DNA of 64,000 nucleotides, taken from the NCBI GenBank assembly GCA_012517255.1, contig JAAYVH010000002.1, forward strand, positions 6,137 to 70,136. The letters are read 5' to 3'. Positions 46,644 through 55,715 of this stretch are shown in pieces. Every line of letters begins with the position of its first letter. The stretch's first letter is position 1. This DNA comes from Chthonomonadales bacterium (GTDB taxonomy: Bacteria > Armatimonadota > Chthonomonadetes > Chthonomonadales > CAJBBX01). Made by a program: the position numbers and the translations under genes. The notes under the pieces are model-generated. The model saw only the letters and a list, made by a program, of their open reading frames with translations, made no database searches and was not told the origin of the DNA.

Positions 46644-48020
46644 CTACGGTCCGCCAGGGAGCCCGTTCGATGGACTGAATGGCCGATCTATGCCCGGCGG
46701 GCCTCCGAACGGCATGGTTCTGCCGGGCCGCTGGTAGCGGCTCGCCCCGAGCAGCGTCTGCATCACCCCGCCCAGAGCGAGACTCAGCAGGAGCATCAGC
46801 GCGACCATCGCAACGCCGCTGAGAAACAGAGCGCCGAACGAAGCGCATCCCGACAGCTCGTGAACCTGGCCCAGCCCAATGACGGCTACCACAATGGTCC
46901 AGATCGCGCCGGCGATACCGATGATCCCTCCCAGGATCGCCAGCATTGGGTGGACCATCATCAAGCCCAAGGCAAGGACGTATGCGACATACCCGGGTAC
47001 TGAGGCAAGAACGAGGACCCGGTAGGTCCCGCCGAAGGGAGCTGTGCCGCCAAAGAGCGCCGCGAGGAGATGCACGATGGCAGCCCCAACGAAACGGCCA
47101 AGCACCCCCGCGAGGATGCCGATTACCATCCCCAGGATTCCGGCAACCACCCCTGCCCCGACCGCAAGGCCACTGTCAGCCATCTCCGACGACCTCAGGA
47201 TCGGGATCATCCGCCCGGCCGAGAACAGCGCCGCCGCCGCGCCGACGATCAGCGCGTTGATCAGGTCGAATACGAACGGCACGGCGATGCTGTAATGGCC
47301 GCGCTGGCTGGCCATGAAGTCCGTCGGCGAGGTGATGACGGCCATGATGGCAGCCAGCGACCATTTGCCGGGGTCATCGTTGCTCGACGATCCGGCGCCG
47401 ACCCAGCCTGCCCCGCTTGGGCCGCCGCGTGCCCCTCGGACGGGAGCGGCCTGCGGGTAGTGAATGGTGGGGGCTGCGGGCTGGCCCAGCGAGGCGCCCT
47501 GAACCGGCTGAGGCTCCGGGGAGCCCGGGGTCGCGACCGGATTGCCCGACAGATCGTATCGAATCGCCTGTGGCTGCGCGGTCGGGCCAGGTCCGGGCAT
47601 CTCTGTTCGCGGCGCGACCGGCTGCGTGGCATCCGGCGGCTGCGCGGCTGCCTGCTGCATTTGCCACTCGACGACGGCAAGCGCTCCCCGAGCCTTGGTG
47701 TTGTCGGGATCAAGCCCCAGCACCATTAGCCACTCGGCTCGCGCCGCCTCAAGGTGACCGGCCTGATGACGCGCCGTCGCGAGATTGGAGCGAGCCGTGA
47801 CGTTATTGGGGTTCAGCGAGACCGCCTGGCCAAGGGCCTCGATTCCGTCGGTGATCCTGCCCTTTCGGCAGAGCGCGATACCCAGCAGGGTCAGTGCATC
47901 ATCCGAGTTGGGGTCCAGCGCGAGAGCCTGGCGCGCCGCGTTTTCGCCCTCGTCCACGCGCAGGTTCTTCAGATGCTCCCGGGCCTCGTCGCAAAGGCTC
48001 GACACCGTGCCGTCCGCCAT
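46644..48020 (-). CDS. TPR-repeat / Pro-rich linker / Yip1-like multi-pass membrane domain fusion protein
   Basis: N-terminal TPRs (ALALDPNSDDALTLLGIALCRKGRITDGIEALGQAVSLNPNN...), a Pro/Gln/Ala-rich linker, and a C-terminal region with 4-5 TM helices of Yip1-type appearance. GGGAGG SD. Confidence 0.75.
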   Translation of the reverse strand: MADGTVSSLCDEAREHLKNLRVDEGENAARQALALDPNSDDALTLLGIALCRKGRITDGIEALGQAVSLNPNNVTARSNLATARHQAGHLEAARAEWLMVLGLDPDNTKARGALAVVEWQMQQAAAQPPDATQPVAPRTEMPGPGPTAQPQAIRYDLSGNPVATPGSPEPQPVQGASLGQPAAPTIHYPQAAPVRGARGGPSGAGWVGAGSSSNDDPGKWSLAAIMAVITSPTDFMASQRGHYSIAVPFVFDLINALIVGAAAALFSAGRMIPILRSSEMADSGLAVGAGVVAGILGMVIGILAGVLGRFVGAAIVHLLAALFGGTAPFGGTYRVLVLASVPGYVAYVLALGLMMVHPMLAILGGIIGIAGAIWTIVVAVIGLGQVHELSGCASFGALFLSGVAMVALMLLLSLALGGVMQTLLGASRYQRPGRTMPFGGPPGIDRPFSPSNGLPGGP

Positions 48021-48120
48021 ATCAGCCTCCCGAATCTACGAGCGGGCTTGCCTCGCTTGCGGGGGTAATACGACGGATCCTGCAGGATTCCTTCTTTGCG
48101 CGGCGGCAGTCTCCTGAAGG

Positions 48121-49422
48121 TTACGGTCTGGCTTCGATGCAGTACAGGTGCGTGTCTGACCGAAGGATGAGCTGGTTGCCCACGACGGCAGGTGTCGCGT
48201 TGAACTGGCTGGTGTCCGAGGCGATCACGTTGGTGGCAATGAGCTCGTACTCGGGCTTCGCTCGCAGTACGAACGTGCCGGCCCGGCGACTGACCGCATA
48301 CAGTCGATCTCCGGCAAGCACGACCGAGGCGTAGACCGGCTTCCCGCGGCCCTGCGGCGTGAGCCGCTGGCGGTAGATGTTCTTGCCCGTCCTTGCGTCG
48401 GCACACACGGCGAACCCGTTATCGTCCACCCAGTAAAGGCGGCCATCCAGCAGGATGGGCGTGGGCACGTAGGAGCCGCTTTCGCCCTGCCATGCGAGGT
48501 GGGTCTGCGTCACATCGCCCGAGCCGCCCAGCTTCACCGCCACGCTGCTCGTGTTGGGAAAGCCGCCGAAGACAAAGGCGAGGCCATCGCCGACGATCAC
48601 GCTTGGGGCCACGTTTCCGCCGAGTCCCGTGCCGCAATACCAGAGGTTCTTGCCGGTGTCGGGATCGAATGCCCAGAGGTTGTTCGGTACGCCGATGAGC
48701 ATCTGCGTGGTGCCATCGGGCTGTTCGACAAGGGTCGGCGTCCCATAGGTGGACTCCAGCCGGTCGCTCTTGATCTGCCAGGCCTCCTCGCCAGTGTCGG
48801 CCTTGAGCGCACGGATGGTGCGGCTCTCGTACGCGGCGTTGACAATCACCAGGTCCTTGTAGAGAATCACGCCTCCCGAGGATCCCCAGCGACGACCGTC
48901 GGACATGGTTCCGACGGAGGTGTGCCAGAGCTCCTTGCCGTCGAAATCGAATGCGTAGACTCCCGACTTGCTCAGAAAGGCATAGACCCGCTTGCCGTCC
49001 GTCGCCGGCGTGTTACTGGCATAGCCGTGCTCCATGAGGTTGCCGGAGCTCGCATCCTCCTCCGGTACGCCGGGCACGGCCCGGTCCCAGAGTATCTTGC
49101 CGGTGGCGCGATCCACGCAGACGAGGTGTCGCTTCAGATTCTCCTTCTGACCCGTCTCCGGCCGCTCGACGCCGTACCCGCTGTAGCAGGTCACGAACAC
49201 GCGGTCACCCCAGACAACGGGGCTCGACGAGCCCGGCCCCGGCAGGGCGGTCTTCCACTTGACGTTCGTGGTGTCGTCCCATTGTGTCGGAGGATTGGCC
49301 CTCGGGGCCAGCCCGGCGCCGTTCGGTCCCCGGAACCGTGGCCAGTTCTCAGACTCCTGACCGTACGCAGGGATAACAGCCGCGACGATGAGTGCGGCAA
49401 GAGCGAAGCGTGCAAGTGTCAC
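48121..49422 (-). CDS. secreted PQQ-like (BamB-type) beta-propeller repeat protein
   Basis: I moved the start from 49527 to GTG 49422 (AAGGAG 7 nt upstream), giving the signal peptide VTLARFALAALIVAAVIPAYGQ. NWPRFRGPNGAGL and repeated propeller blades (SSPVVWGDRVFV, TPILLDGRLYWV, ATPAVVGNQLILRS). Confidence 0.85.
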   Translation of the reverse strand: MTLARFALAALIVAAVIPAYGQESENWPRFRGPNGAGLAPRANPPTQWDDTTNVKWKTALPGPGSSSPVVWGDRVFVTCYSGYGVERPETGQKENLKRHLVCVDRATGKILWDRAVPGVPEEDASSGNLMEHGYASNTPATDGKRVYAFLSKSGVYAFDFDGKELWHTSVGTMSDGRRWGSSGGVILYKDLVIVNAAYESRTIRALKADTGEEAWQIKSDRLESTYGTPTLVEQPDGTTQMLIGVPNNLWAFDPDTGKNLWYCGTGLGGNVAPSVIVGDGLAFVFGGFPNTSSVAVKLGGSGDVTQTHLAWQGESGSYVPTPILLDGRLYWVDDNGFAVCADARTGKNIYRQRLTPQGRGKPVYASVVLAGDRLYAVSRRAGTFVLRAKPEYELIATNVIASDTSQFNATPAVVGNQLILRSDTHLYCIEARP

Positions 49423-49531
49423 CGATGGGCTCCTTGAGAGCGCCGGCTGGCGTGCCTTGCAGATGCGCGCCCGGCGCGTCTCTGCCCATTCAGACAGCGG
49501 ACCCAGGTGTCCGGTAACCGGACGCACGCTG

Positions 49532-50740
49532 CTACGGAGCGACGGCCTTGATTGCCTCGCAGACCCGCTCGACGTTGCCTTCGTTCATGGCCGCCACGCA
49601 GATGCGCGAGCTGTCCACTGCGTACACGCTGAACTCGGCGCGCAGCCGCCGAACCGCTTCCACAGGCAAGCCGAGGAATGAGAACATGCCCTTCTGCCGC
49701 TCGATGAAGCCGAAGTCCTGCGAGACGCCCTGATCGCGAAGAGTCTTGACGAAGAGGGAGCGCATCTTGCGTATGCGATGGCGCATGGCGGTCAGCTCGT
49801 CGCGCCACATCGTCGCCAGTTCAGGATCGTCCAGAACCGTGGCGACCACCTGAGCGCCGAACGACGGCGGATTGGACACGCTCGCGCGCACCACGCGCTT
49901 GAGCTGGCTCAGCACGCGGCCCGCTTCGTCTCGCGACGCCGTGACCACGGTCAAGCCGCCCACACGCTCGCGATAGACAGAGAAGGACTTGGAGAACGAG
50001 TTGGCAATGAGGCACGGAATGCCCGCCTCGACAAATGCCCGGACCGCGAACGCATCCTCGTCGAGGCCGTCGCCGAGGCCCTGATAGGCGAAATCGAAGA
50101 AGGGAATGAGGCCCCGGTCTCTGACGATGTCGCACAGCTTCAGCCATTGTTCATGCGTGGGATCCACGCCGCTGGGATTGTGGCAACAGGCGTGCAGGAG
50201 CACGACGCTCTGCTCGGGCAGTTGGCCGATTCGGCCCGCCATTTCGGCAAAGTCGAGGTCGTGCGAACGAGGATCGTAGTAGGGATACTGGTTCACTGTG
50301 TGGCCGGCTGCCTCGAAGAGGGCGCGATGGTTCTCCCAGCTCGGAGTGCTCACCCAGACGGTTCGGCCGGGCAGGAATCGCTTGAGCAGCTCGGCGCCCA
50401 CGCGGAGCGCTCCGGTGCCTCCCAGGGACTGGACGGTCACAGCCCTCCCATCGGCGATGGCGGGCGACTCCGGACCGAGGATGAGCCGCTGGACGTGCCG
50501 GTTGAACGTCTTGACGCCATCAATGGGCAGGTAGCCCTTGCTGTCCTCTCGGCCGATCCACCGCCGTTGCGCTTCGGCCACGCACTTCAGGATGGGCACC
50601 TTGCCCGTTTCATCCAGATACACCCCGACGCCGAGGTTCACTTTGCCGGGGTTGGGATCGGCAAGATAGGCTTCGGTGATGCCGAGGATGGGATCCGGAG
50701 GCGCCTGCGGTACCTCCGCGAACGGTGATGCCAGAGCCAT
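49532..50740 (-). CDS. aspartate/aromatic-amino-acid aminotransferase (class I, AspC/TyrB type)
   Basis: PPDPILGITEAYLADPNPGKVNLGVGVY opening and a PLP-lysine motif SFSKSFSVYRERVG (compare E. coli AspC SYSKNFGLYNERVG). AGGAGG SD. Confidence 0.92.
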   Translation of the reverse strand: MALASPFAEVPQAPPDPILGITEAYLADPNPGKVNLGVGVYLDETGKVPILKCVAEAQRRWIGREDSKGYLPIDGVKTFNRHVQRLILGPESPAIADGRAVTVQSLGGTGALRVGAELLKRFLPGRTVWVSTPSWENHRALFEAAGHTVNQYPYYDPRSHDLDFAEMAGRIGQLPEQSVVLLHACCHNPSGVDPTHEQWLKLCDIVRDRGLIPFFDFAYQGLGDGLDEDAFAVRAFVEAGIPCLIANSFSKSFSVYRERVGGLTVVTASRDEAGRVLSQLKRVVRASVSNPPSFGAQVVATVLDDPELATMWRDELTAMRHRIRKMRSLFVKTLRDQGVSQDFGFIERQKGMFSFLGLPVEAVRRLRAEFSVYAVDSSRICVAAMNEGNVERVCEAIKAVAP

Positions 50741-50832
50741 GGTGTCTGTCCTCCTGAGTTAGTGGAGCCGATGGACGGATGAGACCTGCGCCGTCATTGT
50801 AGCGCGTCGTCCTTTGGCCTTCGTCGGTTGCC

Positions 50833-52671
50833 CTACGCGCTGCGACCTCCCAGATGCTCTGCCAGGAACTTCTCGGCGGTCCGGTAGAAGCTCAGACGAT
50901 TCTCCGGTCGCGCGAAGCCGTGCCCTTCATCCTCGAAGAGCAGGTACTCGACGGGCGTTCCTCGCTCGCGCAACGCAGCCACGATCTGCTCGCTCTCGGC
51001 CTGCTTCACGCGCGGATCATTGGCTCCCTGAGCGATCAGCAGAGGGCAACGGATCGCGTCAACGCGATAGAGCGGCGAGCGAGAGTCGAGGAACTCGGGC
51101 TCCGTCTCGGGATCCCCGACACGCTGCGCGAACATGCGTCGCATGGGCTCCCAGTAGGGAGGTATGGACGCCAGCAGAGTCCGAAGGCTGCTCGGTCCGA
51201 CGAGATCCACGGCGCAGGCAAACACATCGGGGGTGAACGATGCACCAACGAGCGCCGCATAGCCGCCATAGGACCCGCCATAGATGGCCACACGCCGCGG
51301 ATCGGCGTAGCCCTCGGCGACTGCCCAGTTGACAGCGTCAATGAGGTCGTCGTGCATCTTCGCGCCCCATTCACGGTCGCCGGCATGCAGGAACCGTTTG
51401 CCAAAGCCCGCCGAGCCGCGGAAGTTGACCTGCAGGCAGGCGTAGCCACGATTGGCCAGCCACTGAGCTTCCGGATCGAAGCCCCAGACGTCGCGCGCCC
51501 ACGGGCCGCCGTGCACATTGAGCACAAGGGGTAGACTGCGGGGCTCGACGCCGCGCGGGAGCGTGAGATAGCTCACCAGAGTCAGGCCGTCGCGCGCCTT
51601 GATCTCGACCGGCCGCATCTCAGCGAGCGGCGCCTTCTCCAGCGCCGGCCGAACGGTGAAGAGAAGCTCGATCGCGCCCGTGGCACGATCATAGACGTAG
51701 TACGCCGACGGAGCAGCATCGCGCACGTACAGCACGATCCATACGCGATCGGCGAGGTCCCGGCTGACAACATGGAAGTCGCCGTCGCGCGCGCCGCGAA
51801 GCCGCTCGAAGTCCTCGGCAACCGACGGATCGAGCACGGTCCACTCCAACCTGTGGCGCGTGAAGCCGACCGCCTGCACATGGCGCTCGACCGGATGCAT
51901 GACCACCTCGTCCACATCCACGTGGGGACTGGAGGCAAGGGTCTCCTCCGAGCCCGTCGCCAGATCGAGCAAGCGCAGCTCGGCCGTATCGGCGCCCAGG
52001 CTCGACGATAGATACAGCCCGCGACCGTCGCGCGTGATGCCGTGGGGATGCCCTTCCTCTTCAGCCGGCCACGTGACAACAGGCTTGAACTCAGCGTCGC
52101 CCGAGGATCGAACGCGCAACTGGAACCCGCCGTCAGGCATGCCGGCCATGGCCGCTCGAACCGCCATGTCAGCATCGGCAAGCCATCCCACGACATCGCC
52201 GGGATTCTCGACCACCATCTCGAGCGCACCCGTCGAAAGCGTGAGCCGATAGACGTCATGAACGCGAGGATCGCGGACGTTCATCGACACCAGAATGTGA
52301 TCGGGCATATGAGGCTCGGCGGCGACAGTCATAGCCTGAGCGCCTAAGAAGGGCGTCAGATCACGGATCGCCGTTCCGTCGAGATCCACCGACCAGAGGT
52401 GCCAGTTCTCGTCGCCGTCGGAGTCCTGGGCGTAGATAAGGTGGCGGTTGTCGAACGCCCAACCGTAGTTGCGAATGCCGCGGTGATGGTCGCGGGTGAC
52501 GACCCGATCATCGTCGCTCCCGACCGTCTTGACCCAGACGTTCAGAACGCCTTCGTCCGGCGCGATGTAGGCCAGACGCTTACCGTCAGGCGACAGTTGC
52601 GGACTCGCCTTCTCAGGGTTGCCGAAGAGGTCTTCCAGCGGAATGAGCGGGGGCTGTTCATGGCCGGCCAT
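50833..52671 (-). CDS. S9-family serine peptidase (prolyl oligopeptidase / dipeptidyl-peptidase type)
   Basis: N-terminal propeller (LSPDGKRLAY) and a C-terminal alpha/beta-hydrolase domain with the nucleophile elbow IYGGSYGGYAAL, an Asp region (QGANDPRV) and a His region (EGHGF). AAGGAG SD. Confidence 0.9.
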   Translation of the reverse strand: MAGHEQPPLIPLEDLFGNPEKASPQLSPDGKRLAYIAPDEGVLNVWVKTVGSDDDRVVTRDHHRGIRNYGWAFDNRHLIYAQDSDGDENWHLWSVDLDGTAIRDLTPFLGAQAMTVAAEPHMPDHILVSMNVRDPRVHDVYRLTLSTGALEMVVENPGDVVGWLADADMAVRAAMAGMPDGGFQLRVRSSGDAEFKPVVTWPAEEEGHPHGITRDGRGLYLSSSLGADTAELRLLDLATGSEETLASSPHVDVDEVVMHPVERHVQAVGFTRHRLEWTVLDPSVAEDFERLRGARDGDFHVVSRDLADRVWIVLYVRDAAPSAYYVYDRATGAIELLFTVRPALEKAPLAEMRPVEIKARDGLTLVSYLTLPRGVEPRSLPLVLNVHGGPWARDVWGFDPEAQWLANRGYACLQVNFRGSAGFGKRFLHAGDREWGAKMHDDLIDAVNWAVAEGYADPRRVAIYGGSYGGYAALVGASFTPDVFACAVDLVGPSSLRTLLASIPPYWEPMRRMFAQRVGDPETEPEFLDSRSPLYRVDAIRCPLLIAQGANDPRVKQAESEQIVAALRERGTPVEYLLFEDEGHGFARPENRLSFYRTAEKFLAEHLGGRSA

Positions 52672-52783
52672 GGTTATCTCCTTGGGATCGGTGTTCGTCG
52701 CTCGTCTGCCGTATTATGGCGCATGCAGGCGCCCGGCTCGGAAATCGGCTTTCCGGTGGTAGAGTCCGGCAGAGGATGATGCT

Positions 52784-53185
52784 GTGCGCGCCTGTACACG
52801 CCAGATAGCCCACACCGCCGATGTGATGATCACCATACACGCCGACACTCTCGACGAGTTGTTCGCCGAGGCGGCGCGCTTCATCGCGCGGTACGCAGGC
52901 CCGCCCGCGGGCGATCCCGACTACCCGGTGGACCTGCGCCTCGACGCCAGCGATACGGCGACCCTGCTCGCCGACTGGCTCAACGAGTTGCTCGCCAGGT
53001 CGGAGATCGCGTGTGCCGCGCTTGCGCCCTATGCCGTCACCGTCGCGGGGTCAACCCTCACCGCCCGCATGCGCGCAACGCCGCTACGTGAATGGCGATG
53101 CCCTCTGAAGGCCGCCACCTACCATGACCTGCGTCTTGAACGCCGCAACGGGCGCTGGCGCGCGCAGGTGCTCTGCGATGCCTGA
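52784..53185 (+). CDS. archease family protein
   Basis: 133 aa, GTG start with GAGGA about 8 nt upstream. IAHTADVMITIHADTLDELFAEAA and LKAATYHDLRLE match the archease motifs (HTAD... and KA-TYH). Confidence 0.7.
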   Translation: MRACTRQIAHTADVMITIHADTLDELFAEAARFIARYAGPPAGDPDYPVDLRLDASDTATLLADWLNELLARSEIACAALAPYAVTVAGSTLTARMRATPLREWRCPLKAATYHDLRLERRNGRWRAQVLCDA

Positions 53186-53189
53186 GCGC

Positions 53190-55616
53190 CTACCGAAGCT
53201 GACCTTCGATCGCTAGAAACCCCCGATCGAAGTCGAGCCAGTGCGCCAGCACTCGGCGATCCGGACCCGGCAGCATGACGATCCCGGGCAGCGCATTGCG
53301 GTGCGTGCCCTCATAGACGCGCACGGGCTTCGACCATGTGGCGCCGTCGTCGCGGCTCTCTACGGCGACGATGTCCAGACCGAGCGCAGGCAGAGGCGTG
53401 CCGCCTCGAATGGGCTCTGGCCTCCCCTCGTTGAGCCCAAAGACGCATACAATCCTGCCGTCCTGAGCGCGGGCGATCCACGGGCAGTACGCGCCGAATC
53501 GACGATCGGCGGCCTGATAGACGACGTTTCGCTCACGTCGCGACCAGCTCCACGTTCGCCCGCCATCCTCTGATGTCACGGCCATGATTATGCCGGCGTG
53601 CGGCGGGGCCGTGTCCACGGTCTCGAACACGCACAGCAGGCGCCCGCGCCGTGTTTCGATGATGGAGCCCATGCCGTCGCGGCTGAGATGTGCAGGATTG
53701 TGCGCCCGGCTAACGGTCACAGGCTGCGTCCAGGCCCTCGTCCGGGCGTCCCAGGTCTTCATGGTTAGCCACTGATGGCGAGGCATGCCCCTATCCCAGG
53801 GCGTGCGCTCGTCGTCGTACATGCAATGGAGCGCGCCGGACTGGGACTTCATGAGAAACGACGACCACAGCCCGCAGCGCGGTCCCGTGCACTCGGCAAC
53901 GGCGGAATGGCAACGCCAGGTTCTGCCGGAGTCGCGGCTCTCGGCGACGCGGATCGCATAGCGCGGCTCCGCGCCCTCGACGCGGTTGTCTCGATAGGAG
54001 TAGAGCACGTGCCCGGGACTGAGCTCGATCAGGTGACCGTCGCCGATGTCGGCTCCGGCGCCGGCTGATGCTATCACGCCGATCGGCGACCACGTCTTGC
54101 CCCGGTCAGAGCTGCCGACGCACACGATCCGCACGCCATCAGCCGTGCCCTCGGTGCGAGCGCAGAGCACGGAGCCTGAACGGAGCACAACCGCGCCTTT
54201 TGGCCCGGGACCAGGCCGCACAGGGCCAGACCAGACAACCGGGCCCTCGGGCGACGTATGGGCCACCATCACGGCCAGCGCCATAAGCGCGATGGCGGCA
54301 TTCGACGGTCTCACCGGCGCGGCGCCCGGACGTCGTGGCAGTAGAGCATCATGCACCCGAACGTACAGGCGGCCATCGAGCACGACCGGGTGGGCCCAGA
54401 GGTCGCCGCGCGTGGTCATGGGCGGACGGAAGCTCCCTTCGAGCGAGAATCCTCGCTCCGTGGGGCGAACCAGCGCAACGGTCCCGTCCTGAGTGACACA
54501 GATCAGCCGCCCGTCGGCCCACACCGCCCCGCCCATCGCCAGATCCGAAGATTCCTCACGCAGCGCTCCGGTGACGGGATCGGCGCTGTCCCAGCCCTTG
54601 CGGCGATACCGTGCCGCATAGGTACGTCCAGCGGCGAACAGCGCTCCTCCCTGACAGGCGTCCATCTTCGTCCGCCAGGCTTCGGCAATCCTCAGGCCCG
54701 TGCCGGCTTGCTCGATACGGAAGAACGCGCCCATATCGGTATCGGGCGCCGTCATCAGAAATCCGTCCCGCGCCAGCACGGGGGTCATGGCCAGCACGCT
54801 GTAGCGCGTGGGCAGGGGTCGTTGCCAGACCATGCGTCCGGTCAGAGCATCCACTACCCACACGGTCCGCTCGGTACAGCCGGCGATCAGGCGCAGTGAG
54901 CCGAAGGTGAAGAGGATGGGAGACGCATAGGACGGCGCATCGGGTCCCGACCGCTCGGGTTCGCTCAGCAGGATGGGCGGCGATGCCCAGATGGTGGCGC
55001 CGGTGCGCGCATCCAGTGCGGCCACCGAAGCCTTTGAGCCGCCGGCTGTGACGATTACCCGTGGCCAATCCACCAGGAGGCATTCCGCGAGTCCCCATTC
55101 GATGACGCGCCCGCCGAAGCGCTCGACAACGTCCACGGACCACCGCTCGTTACCGGTGGCCGGGTCAAGGCAGGCCACGCGTCCATGGGCGTTCATGTGA
55201 TAGAGATTGCCCCGGGCGAACGCGCAGGCTCCACGAGCTCCTGGGTAGGAGCCTCGCCATGCGCGGCCGTTGGCGGCCTGCCAGAGCCGCTTGCCGCTGA
55301 GGTCGAGCGCGGTAATGCGAAGCTGCTCGCCCACATCGCCCGTGATGAAGATGCGCCCGCCTGCGATGACGGGCGAGCTGTAGCCGTTGCCGATGCCTTT
55401 GGCCGTCCACAGCAGCGGCGGGCCCGCCGGCGGCCACCGGGCGAGCAAGCCTGTCTCGTTCGTCACCGCATCGCGGTGAGGTCCGCGCCACTGCGGCCAT
55501 CCGGCCTCTGGCGAACGCACCAAACGCGGCCCATCTTCCGGGCCTGCGGCCGCAACTGCCACGGCCATGCACGTAACCAGCAGGCCCGCGCGCAGGTATG
55601 AGGTTCCCAAGACCAT
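53190..55616 (-). CDS. PQQ-like beta-propeller fused in frame to a BNR/Asp-box (sialidase-like) propeller
   Basis: 808-aa ORF. N-terminal half: signal peptide plus WPQWRGPHRDAVTNETGLL and PQQ-type blades ending in DGRLYVRVHDALL. C-terminal half: four Asp-boxes (SSDRGKTW, SRDSGRTW, SEDGGRTW, SRDDGATW). GGAGAC SD. Confidence 0.85.
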   Translation of the reverse strand: MVLGTSYLRAGLLVTCMAVAVAAAGPEDGPRLVRSPEAGWPQWRGPHRDAVTNETGLLARWPPAGPPLLWTAKGIGNGYSSPVIAGGRIFITGDVGEQLRITALDLSGKRLWQAANGRAWRGSYPGARGACAFARGNLYHMNAHGRVACLDPATGNERWSVDVVERFGGRVIEWGLAECLLVDWPRVIVTAGGSKASVAALDARTGATIWASPPILLSEPERSGPDAPSYASPILFTFGSLRLIAGCTERTVWVVDALTGRMVWQRPLPTRYSVLAMTPVLARDGFLMTAPDTDMGAFFRIEQAGTGLRIAEAWRTKMDACQGGALFAAGRTYAARYRRKGWDSADPVTGALREESSDLAMGGAVWADGRLICVTQDGTVALVRPTERGFSLEGSFRPPMTTRGDLWAHPVVLDGRLYVRVHDALLPRRPGAAPVRPSNAAIALMALAVMVAHTSPEGPVVWSGPVRPGPGPKGAVVLRSGSVLCARTEGTADGVRIVCVGSSDRGKTWSPIGVIASAGAGADIGDGHLIELSPGHVLYSYRDNRVEGAEPRYAIRVAESRDSGRTWRCHSAVAECTGPRCGLWSSFLMKSQSGALHCMYDDERTPWDRGMPRHQWLTMKTWDARTRAWTQPVTVSRAHNPAHLSRDGMGSIIETRRGRLLCVFETVDTAPPHAGIIMAVTSEDGGRTWSWSRRERNVVYQAADRRFGAYCPWIARAQDGRIVCVFGLNEGRPEPIRGGTPLPALGLDIVAVESRDDGATWSKPVRVYEGTHRNALPGIVMLPGPDRRVLAHWLDFDRGFLAIEGQLR

Positions 55617-55715
55617 TGCGAGTGTCTCCGCTCGTTGCAGATCGCTGCGTCGCTCGTCTCCGCAGGCGCACGGTCATACCACGCCGACCCGTGGACCCGG
55701 GGCGAACAAGCCCGA

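Noticed and set aside
48075-48093. GGATCCTGCAGGATTCC near-palindrome after the PQQ-propeller gene, considered as a terminator
   Set aside because: The stem is only 6 bp with a bulge and a 4-nt loop, and no U-tract follows. This is too weak to annotate.
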